This document shows, piece after piece, positions 36,653 to 36,849 of a DNA stretch of 36,849 nucleotides. The notes below the pieces were generated by a model. That model did no database searches, was not told the DNA's origin, and worked only from the letters and a program-made list of their open reading frames with translations. Position 1 is the first letter of the stretch; every line of letters starts with the position of its first letter. The position numbers and the translations under genes were made by a program. The stretch is from the NCBI GenBank assembly GCA_030612405.1, contig JAUWNY010000002.1, positions 1 through 36,849 on the forward strand, written 5' to 3'. This DNA is from Candidatus Methanophagales archaeon (GTDB lineage: Archaea > Halobacteriota > Syntropharchaeia > Alkanophagales > Methanospirareceae).

Positions 36653-36849
36653 ATACTGTGAGTTTATCCTATATTTTATGAAAAGGATAGAACTCGCGGA
36701 AGAGGAGATAAAGTATCTCGGAGAATTTACAAAGAGAGGTCAGAAAAGCGCAAGAGCATTGACAAGAGCCCATGTTTTGCTTTTGGTTCATAAAGGGAAA
36801 AAGGAAACGACAATAGCAGAGATATTAAACATAAGCCGAGCAACTGTCT
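36619..36849 (+). mobile_element. Left end of an IS630-family element (partial)
   Basis: Begins after a TA dinucleotide (36617-36618); abrupt A/T-rich shift; transposase ORF follows. Confidence 0.78.
36678..36849 (+). CDS. IS630-family transposase N-terminal HTH (partial)
   Basis: MKRIELAEEEIKYLGEFTKRGQKSARALTRAHVLLLVHKGKKETTIAEILNISRATV... Confidence 0.82.
   Translation, partial: MKRIELAEEEIKYLGEFTKRGQKSARALTRAHVLLLVHKGKKETTIAEILNISRATV

Overview
Archaeal chromosomal segment. The archaeal L40e gene, BRE/TATA promoters, DUF39-CBS homocysteine enzyme and DUF3344/CARDB/dockerin surface proteins suggest an ANME-1/Methanophagales-like methane-cycling euryarchaeon (inference). Housekeeping genes (asd, rpl40e, cooC-like, hisS, purM, nfi, ogt, recQ) are interleaved with accessory DNA. 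The main candidate system is a membrane-stress/polyamine locus at 6.2-14.7 kb: DUF4178 - PspA - PspAA - AdoMet decarboxylase - tandem DUF350 - a membrane-anchored protein with a DUF4247-like RGGGGPGMAK tail, then recQ, then a convergent operon of a membrane-fused spermidine synthase and an RCK potassium channel. The second notable signal is a dispersed family of elements with inverted short-tandem-repeat arms. Two copies still hold internally deleted GxxExxY nuclease genes, so the family looks like non-autonomous MITE-like derivatives, and two copies supply stop codons to host genes. Also present: several VapBC modules, mostly decayed by internal deletion; a 2550-aa dockerin-bearing surface protein; and a second surface-protein gene cut by an IS630 element at the right edge. 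All family calls come from motif recognition by eye; no searches were run.
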